Shown here: piece by piece, positions 11,713-20,700 of the stretch | How positions within the stretch are numbered: the first letter of the stretch is position 1 | Layout: the number at the start of each line of letters is the position of its first letter | NCBI GenBank assembly: GCA_020137815.1 | Contig: CM035355.1 | Location: 7,750,001 to 7,814,000, forward strand | DNA from: Hormiphora californensis | Taxonomy: Eukaryota > Animalia > Ctenophora | Direction: 5' to 3' | Length of the DNA stretch: 64,000 nt | Notes under the pieces: model-generated | What the model saw: only the letters and a program-made list of their open reading frames with translations | The model's database searches: none | Told to the model about the DNA's origin: nothing | Position numbers and translations under genes: made by a program

Positions 11713-14700
11713 AACAGCGAGAGACGGCTGGCAGAGAGAGAGAGAGAGGGATAGAAATGTCCACTGGTTGTGGACAGAAGACTTCTGTTGTAATAATCAA
11801 ATCACAGTAGCTTAGCTATTAGGAATCCAAAAATGAAATCAGGTCTCGGAGGACTAGGAGCAAAACAGAGTGAGAGGCTTATACTCATTTAACATGCAGG
11901 AAGAAGAGAGTGATGAGCAAGAGGATTAAGAGAGGGAGTTAGAGAATGTAAGTAACAAGTAATAATACACGTACAAAATGTGGAGTACTACTCCTTCATA
12001 AACAAACCTATGAAGTATTAGTTCTTCATAAACAAACCTATGAAGTACTACTTCTTCATTCAATCAATCAATCAATCAAAACTGCCGCTGGCAGTGGCAT
12101 TGCGCCGAAATAAACATATATAATATCAAGCAAACCAGCCACACAGACCAAACTGAGTGAGGATTCAGGGTGGCGTAACAGGGTCGTCAGCACGAAGACG
12201 GTTAGGTCTTATGTGTGCTTTGAACCTGCTACCCCACCCTGGTCCCCACTATGTCTTTACAAAACTGAAAACCAAAACAATAGTATAAATCATTAAATAA
12301 ATCCATATCTAAAACAATATCTTATGCATCACTCTCACTAAATTCTCTCAACACTTCTCACGTTTCACTCTCTACAATAGAGCCTCTTCTAATCCTCCAG
12401 ACTTTATCAGGTTCATTATCTCTTTTCTCTCTCAGTTTAGCAACTAATTCTCGTCTCTCAGTTCTCTCCTCTACTGATCTGTCTGGTGCAACAAACACTG
12501 ACTGATACTGGTCTGAGTCCTTCAGCGTCGCTGATTTCCCCAAAATAGTTCTGGCAACTTCTCTGTTCCTCAGCACCACCCGCACTGGCCGCACTCCCTC
12601 ACCACCTCTCTTACCAAGTCGTGCCACCTCTGATAACACTGGTGCCTCAGACAACTGTTCAAATAGTTCCTTTACTAAAGTACTGTCACTTTGCTGATCA
12701 CTCTCTGCGAGACCATATACCATCAGGTTGCTACTACGATCAACTGAAGCACTGGCAATTGCTGTTCGGAGTTTACTGGGAGCAAGGGCAGTTACGCAGG
12801 TCTGGTTTACAGCAGTAGCAGCTGTCTGGAGAACAGCAGAGTAGTTCTGGATCTCGTCTTTAACAACTGTCTGTACAGCAGTCACACTCTTCTCTAGCAT
12901 GGTGTCCTTCATGGATATTATAGAGTCTTTCAAGGCACTGATCTCTGATTGCAGTTCAATGATCTTGGAGTCACGTTCTAATACCAAATCTGTAGCACTG
13001 TCAAGGCGGTCACGGGTGTGGTCCAGATGCTCCATAAGCTTCTCTACCGTTTCTTTCGATTCATTACTGCCCACAGAACTATTCTGTTTCGCTCTCGTGT
13101 CAGCTGATAACAACTCCTTCCTAGCTAATCGACTAAGAGGAAGTGCACGAAACCAAAGCAAACCAGCCATGTCAGAAAGAAGCTGTACTTTCTTGTTCGT
13201 GTCTAGACTTGAGAGGTATTTGCTGGTCAACTTATTCGGATCAAACTCACCACCTTCCTTGTTAGGGTCAGGGTACCCAGCAACTCGCCTCAATGTAGAT
13301 AAGATAGATGTCTCCAGCTTACTGTAATCAGAAGTCATACCATAAGGACGGTTACCTGGACCGCCCTGTTGCCAGGTAGTGAAGGCACGATCCAACTTGG
13401 AGGCCATGTTCGTACGCGTGTACAACGGTGCAAGATCAAAAACTATCAGGAACAAGCTTTTCAAACGAAACTGATAAGTGATATGTGAGAAGTGAATAAG
13501 TGATATGTGATATGTAAACAAACCTATGGAGAGATGCTCCTTTATAAACAAACCTATTAAGTATTACTCCTTCATAAACAAACCTATGAAGTATTACTCC
13601 TTCATAAACAAACCTATGAACTATTACTCCTTCATAAACAAACCTATGGAGAGATGCTCCTTTATAAACAAACCTATGAAGTATTACTCCTTTATAAACA
13701 ATTAGTAATTACCTGTGGAGTGAGGCGGCGTCTGTTAAGCGAATCCATTACAAAGTTAGGTCCAGATTGCTCGGTTGGGCTGATACTAGTCACGTGACAT
13801 GAGGGAGATATCTGAAACACGGTCTGCAACTGGGACACGGAGCTCTTTAGGTTGTCCAGGGTCTTCTGTTGTCCACCAAACTCTTCTGGATTGTTGAACA
13901 GACCTGAGAGGGGAATTTGATTGTCCGGGTGTCGGTACAATACAGGATAATATAACGTGATATCTCCTGGGATACAAAGTACATTGAATTGCCTGGCTAG
14001 ACTGTGTAAAGGGAGGGTTAGAACATAACAAACATTGAACCTACCCTCTGATAGCCAAGAAAATGCACCGCTAAGTGGCCCACTAGACCCGTTGGGGGGC
14101 TGCCCGTTGTTGACAGGACCACCACCCCCTCCTCCCCGGGTGATCTGCCGTTCTGCATGGGATATCTCTGCACTGAGTTTATCGAGGAGGTCCTGGGCTG
14201 CTGAACACTCTGTAAATACTGGCACAATACCCTGAACAACATGACCCACCTCCAGGCAACTTATCGTCCTGTGTGAGATGTACATTCATTAGAAGGTGTA
14301 CATTGTCTAAACCACCCCGTACATAGCTTGGGATTGGAGAATGGAAATGGGGGCTGAAAGGTATGGTACAGTGAGGTGTAAAGTGTACTGACTGTACAGT
14401 GTAGACCTCTACTCTCTAGACTCTAGCACTGTTCTCAGTGATTCTCCACCCCATTGTTACCATTGGTTACCATTGGTTACCTTTGCAGAGCCTTGTTGTT
14501 GAAAACCTTGAGAACCCGAGATAGGAGTGTAACGTTCTTCCCACTACAAATTACAGAGTGGGCCATCCGTCGGAGAGACCTGTCCAGGAGATTACAATAC
14601 GCTGCCAGGTTGTCCCTGATGAAGGGCGTCCAGTCGGCCACGTTCCTATCAGTTAGATTTCCTGGATAGAGGTAACTAATAATTACACTAATTAATGGAG

Positions 14701-17700
14701 GTAATAAATCTTCAGTGTAACATGAAAATTTGAGGTCAAGGGATAATTTTGCAAGAATTAGAAGGTTTAGTATACCTGGGACGACAGTTGCATACCGCCA
14801 GGGCTGAATAAAGCTCAGCCAGGTCTCCATTAGACCCCGGAAACTGGAGATTAGGGGCCATGTAGCAAAGTGGTAACTTAGAAACTGCAGGAAGAAGGGG
14901 AAGGGATAAAGTAGCAAAGTGGTAACTTAGAAACTGCATAGGAAGAAGAAAGGGATCAAGTAGCAAAGTGGTAACTTAGAAACTACAGGAAGAAGGGATC
15001 AAGTAGCAAAGTGGTAACTTAGAAACTGGGGGAAGAAGAAAGGGAAGTAGCAAAGTGGTAACTTAGAAACTGGGGGAGGGGAAGGAAGGGATCACACATA
15101 CTGTCAGCTGCAGTGGGCCGGTAAATAAAATAGGAGATTTTGGAAGCGAGAAAAGGTAAGGAAAAAAGTTCCAATCGGGGAAAGGTTGAAGTTTTAATAT
15201 CCCACCTCAGTTGCGTTGGTTTGAAATGAAGTTGCGATATAACTGGCCACTTCCTCTGTCACTCTGTCCTTTACTAGTTGGCTGGTAAACAGGAACCTGT
15301 GACTGTGTTTCACCAACATCCTGATTATCCGAACCTAGGGTGAGTTCGAATGGTTGCTATGGAGTGGATAGTTGCTATGGAGTGGATGGTTGCTATGGAG
15401 TGGATGGTTGCTATGGAGTGAATGGTTGTTATGGCAACTAGTAAATAGTAAATAGTACAATGCCAGTTGGTATTGTATTGCTCATACTCTCACCACTCGA
15501 AACAGTCTCAACAAGTATATACAGTCGGACCCCGATTTAGGGACACCCTCGGGGGAAAGGCTCTTGTCCACTAAATCGGAGTGCCACTAAATCGGGGTCC
15601 GACTGTATTTAGATCTATAATTCTTCACCAGAATTTCGTGCTACCTGATCTGTATGGCGGCGCCCATACCCCAATTTGATTCTCAGATCGGGTCGGCGGC
15701 GCCAGACAGTACCTGATCGATTGTCAGTGTGACTTGGTTAACCTCACTACCCCGCTGGTTACCTGATCGATGGTGAGGGTGACTTGGTTAACCTCACTTC
15801 CCCGCTGATTTAGCCACATCTCATAGATAATCTCGGCGAATGCTTGTGAGAGGGTGTGTGTATTGGGGACAAACTTGCTACTACTACCACCAGTGTTCGG
15901 TATCGGGTTTCCTGAACATAGTGTTGGTGAGTAGGGAATGTTTGGACACGCTTCAAGTTATACAACAAGGAAACACATGAAGAAAAAAGGGCTAATTTGA
16001 TGTATGGTATTTAAGTGTATGATAACGTGATGGTAACGTGATGGTAACCATGGTAACTAACCCGGGGGTAGAAGGTAGTTAAGGTAATCGTCAACAAGCT
16101 GGGTGTAGAGGACATCAGCAAGATCTGTCGGCCAAACAACACCCGCCTGAAAATATATATGATTTCATTCGTCCGCCTTAGATTAACTAACAATTTTAAG
16201 TTGGAGGAGTTGACTAACCGGTGGGTTTATCAGAAAGAAGGTAAAGTACTAACCGGTGGATTTATCAGGAAGTAGGTAAAGTACTAACCGGTGGGTTTAT
16301 CAGTAAGTAGGTAAAGTACTAACCGGTGGGTCTATCAGGAAGTAGGTAAAGTACTAACCGGTGGGTTTATCAGGAAGTAGGTAAAGTACTTACCGGTGGG
16401 TTTATCAGGAAGTAGGTAAAGTACTAACCGGTGGGTTTATCAGGAAGTAGGTAAAGTACTAACCGGTGGGTTTATCAGGAAGTAGGTAAAGTACTAACCG
16501 GTGGGTTTATCAGGAAGTAGGTAAAGTACATGAAGTAGTAGTGGAAGGCAGTCATAGATAACTCCTTGTTCTGAATGTCAACAGTCACAAATAATCTGAA
16601 GGATACATTTAGATTAACAATTCTGTACCAACACAGGTGAGGAGAGTCCTTGACAACGCGTTGCTAAGTACCTGTATGGCATGGGGAGGGCCCTATCACA
16701 CAGGAGGGCAGCTGAGTTGGGAGGGATTGCGGAGAAGGGGAACAGGAAATGAGAGGAGCTATCACACTCTAAACACTGCAGAGCCTTGAACAGACAACCT
16801 GAAATAAAGGTGTTACAGTGAAACGTGACAACATCTATATTATAAAGCAGAGATGGTTGCAAGACAATTGGTTTTTGGGGGGATTTTAGGGCTTGCACGT
16901 GGAAAATTGGCATGTTGTTAGGGATGGTTGGTGGGGGGTTTGGGGAGTGCACGTGCGTGTGTAAAGGTTTTATAAATTTGGGGGATAATAGCTCTTTGGA
17001 AAGAGCTTGAGATTATCTTTCCAATGAGCCTTGGTATTTTGAAATTGGTTGAGAAATGACTGAGTAATGGGGGAAATGGTGAAAAATGAGGGAAAATGTG
17101 GGGCTCTGAACTGCTTCAGATCACAGATTGAGAGAAGGGTGAGGGGAGTGCTCATTATGGCGTTATAGGGGAGTGAAAAGAGGGTGAGATGGAGTGAATT
17201 GGGGACGGTATGATTCAATAGGGGCCGAGGGGGGTCAATAGGGATAAGTGGGGTGAGGACTGAGGGGAGTCAACAGGGGGGAGGGGGCGTGGATTATGAT
17301 CTCGCGACCGGAGGTGCCGCGAAGCGGCGCCGTAGGGAGCAAAGTAGGCATGAGCCAGGGATCGGGATTGAGAGGAGTCAATAGGGTCTGAGAGTTTTTT
17401 GTTCTTTTGCCTGGGCTCTCTAGTCTATATTATAAAGCAGAGATGGTTGCAAGACAATTGGTTTTTGGGGGGGTTTTTAGAGGGTTTGCACGTGGAAAAT
17501 TGACGTGTTGTTAGGGGTAGTTGGTGGGGTTTGGGGAGTGCACGTGCGTGTGTAAAGGTTTTATAAATTTGGGGGATAATAGCTCTTTGGAAAGAGCTTG
17601 AGATTATCTTTCTAATGAGCCCAAGATTTTCGAAATTGGCTGAGAATTGACTGAGTAATGGGGGAAATGGTGAAAAATGAGGGAAAATTTGGGGTTCTGA

Positions 17701-20700
17701 ACTGCTTCAGATCACAGATTGAGAGATATGGAGTGAGTTGGAGTGAATAGGGGACGATATGATTCAATAGGGGCCGAGGGGAGTAAGAGGGCCGAGGGGG
17801 ATAAGAGGGGTGAGGACTGAGGGGAGTCAACAGGGGGAAGGGGGCGTGGAGTATGATCTCGCGACCGGAGGTGCCGCGAAGCGGCGCCGTAGGGAGCAAA
17901 GTAGGCATGAGCCAGAGATCGGGATTGAGAGGAGTCAATAGGATGTGAGAGTTTTTTGTTCTTTTGCCTGGGCTCTCTAGTCTTTTTAAACACGACAAAA
18001 TAACGAATAAAGACAGTGTCTTCTGTTTGTCTAAAAAGGGTACATTAATCACGTTCTAAATATCGTTTCTCAACATCTTGCTACTAACTAAAACCCACAT
18101 TACATAATGAAAAAGTTTAAAAGTTCTCTATTCAACCCAGCAGCAACCCGGAAAGGTTGGTAAAGAAATAGTTTAGTTGGCGTGGACTTATGTAAATGTA
18201 TCCAATTAGGCCATCCAAACTCCAATCAGACATTACCAAGTAGATACCTAGTACCAGTATATCCCCGCCGTCTAACCAGACAGTAGCAGTATCCCCGCCG
18301 TTCAATCAGACAGTCCCAGTGTCCAATATCCCCGCCGTCCAATCAGACAGTCCCAGTATACCCCACCGTCAATCAAACAGTCCCAGTGTCCAATATCCCC
18401 ACCGTCAATCAAACAGTCCCAGTAAATCCCCGCCGTTCAATCAGACAGTCCCAGTAAATCCCCACGGCCCCAATCAGACAGTACCAGGTGCGGTTCCTAC
18501 AGGGAACACCTTGACACCTCTCTCACTGGTCTTATACAGGGCCTGTTTATACTCCCCACTATCACGTGACTCACACGTGACATGGCCATCTACCTCCATA
18601 CTAGCCCCTGATTCCAAGGTATCCACCGTGAGGACATGTCCCAATAACTCTCCTAGCAACGAGTTCAGTTGGTTTGTTTCCATAGCAACGCGTGACGTCA
18701 CAATGACGTGTTTAGAGGTGGAGAGGAGGGTCTGGACGAGGGTAATAGTGTCACAGAGGGAGCATCCAAGGTATGGTAACAGGTAGATATCCGGAAGAAA
18801 AACTACATCACATTTACTTAAATCCTCCGCAAGCAACTTCAGATCAGGGGCATCACCAATGGTACATGTCACGTCCACAAATCTCACTCTGTCCTCCCCG
18901 ATGGCCTTGCCAGCACTACATTTTAACAGCAGTGCCTGGAGGTGGGCCCTTGTTCCGGGGTGGTTCATTACACCCACAGTAAGATGATCGTACCGGAGGG
19001 AGGTTGAGAGGAGAGAGGAGACGGGAGCAGAGGGGTTAGCATGCCTGTCGTAGAGAATCAAGTGGGAGGTGTTGGAACCTAGCCAAGGTTTTAATGCATC
19101 TAGGATCATGGTGAGCTAGGTGTGGGGTAGGGAGGTTAGTATATAGAAGTACAGGGGGGGGTCCAGCCCTAAAAAAAGCTAAGCTAACGGCCAAAATCAG
19201 GGTACCTTTAGCTTTTTTTAGCTTTTTTTAGCTTTTTTTAGCCTTTTTTAGCTTTTTTTAGCTTTTTTTAGCTTTTATTAGCTTTTTTTAGCTTTTTTAA
19301 GGCTAAAAAAAGCTAAAAAAAGCTAAAAAAAGCTAAAATTGAGTTTTTAGTGGATTCATATAGGTTCGAATCCCGCTGACGCCAAATTTTTTAAACTTTT
19401 ATTATAACGTTTTATAACGTTTTTTGAACTTTTTTAAAAATATTTTTATCAAATTTGAATAATATTTTTATCGAAAAAATGTCTCCAGAAAATGGCAGTA
19501 GGGGTGGATACAGAAATTGCTATGTATGGACATAAACGGTAGATTATGGTAAAAAATGTGCAGGAAATGAACAAATGCAGTCAATAGACGTCCGGAAGGA
19601 TGAAAATTTAATGGAAAAGTGTCAAGATGAATGCTGAAAAAACATAAAAAGTAGGGCTAAAAAAAGCTAAAAAAAGCTAAAAAAAGCTAAAAAAAGCTAA
19701 AATAAAAAACGCTATCGACCAAAATCAGGGTACCTTTAGCTTTTTTTAGGGCTGGACCCCCCCCAGTACATATATTCAATAATTAGTCATCAAAGCACCA
19801 AACATTAAAATTGAAACAATGATCTTACCATCAGTCGTCACTGAGATTGATTATTCAGTGAATAATATTATTCAGTGAATAATATTCACCATCATGGATG
19901 TATGGCCCATCATCGGCCCACTTACCATTTGGCAAACTAACAAGAGTTTGTATTGTCCAGCTGCGATTGTTAAAAACGTGACTAATGATACAACTTACCT
20001 CCATTCGGTTTCAGGAATCCCCGTATGGCTTTGAAGTCGGTAGGATGAAACTTGCCGTGTAGGGAGGAGAGTTTCCAGCCGGGGGTGCCGTCATACCCGA
20101 ATATGTTGGATAGGAGTTGGGGAAGGAAGATGTGGAGTTGACGTACTGGTAGGGTAGGTATCACCTCACTTAGTGTCTGAAAAGGAGGAGGGTAGATTAG
20201 AGAATTGCTGTAACAGAAGCATCTACCAAAGTCCAAAACACAAAAAGATGAGATTTGAAATAAAATGCCATGTGAAATGTGAGATTGGAGATCGGTATTA
20301 CTGTAAACGTTGTTTTTATTGCGGTGCATTTATTTTCGCGTTTTTTGTCGTATCGGAATTAAAAAACCGTGAAATTTTTCCCTGCCCGGGTGATGTTTTT
20401 AGCACGAACGTGCTAAAAAGATTATTCAGGGTTTAGAAATCAGCAGATCGTGTCCGTCACGCACAACGCCTAACAACAAGTCTGCTCCTTCATAAAACTT
20501 TCACCTCACGCTTCGTTGATTCAACAACGGAAATGATTAACACACATTGCGGCGCACAATTAATCGCTGATAGCACTTCTTATTATCACCTGAAATTACT
20601 TTGGGCGCCCTATAACAGCCATACCATGAAGTGGTTGAACGTCTTCCAAGCATGAAACTACTGTCACACTAGTGGCCCAAGTTGAGATGATGAAGTATGT

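Larger units (their letters stand above)
11983..13700. repeat. 30-bp minisatellite (AGTATTACTCCTTCATAAACAAACCTATGA) split by a retroelement insertion
   Basis: Units at 11983-12060 and 13513-13700. Confidence 0.85.

Noticed and set aside
19355-19390. tRNA-like GGTTCGAATCCCGC...CCA
   Set aside because: Only a T-arm/B-box-like fragment inside a MITE; no cloverleaf.
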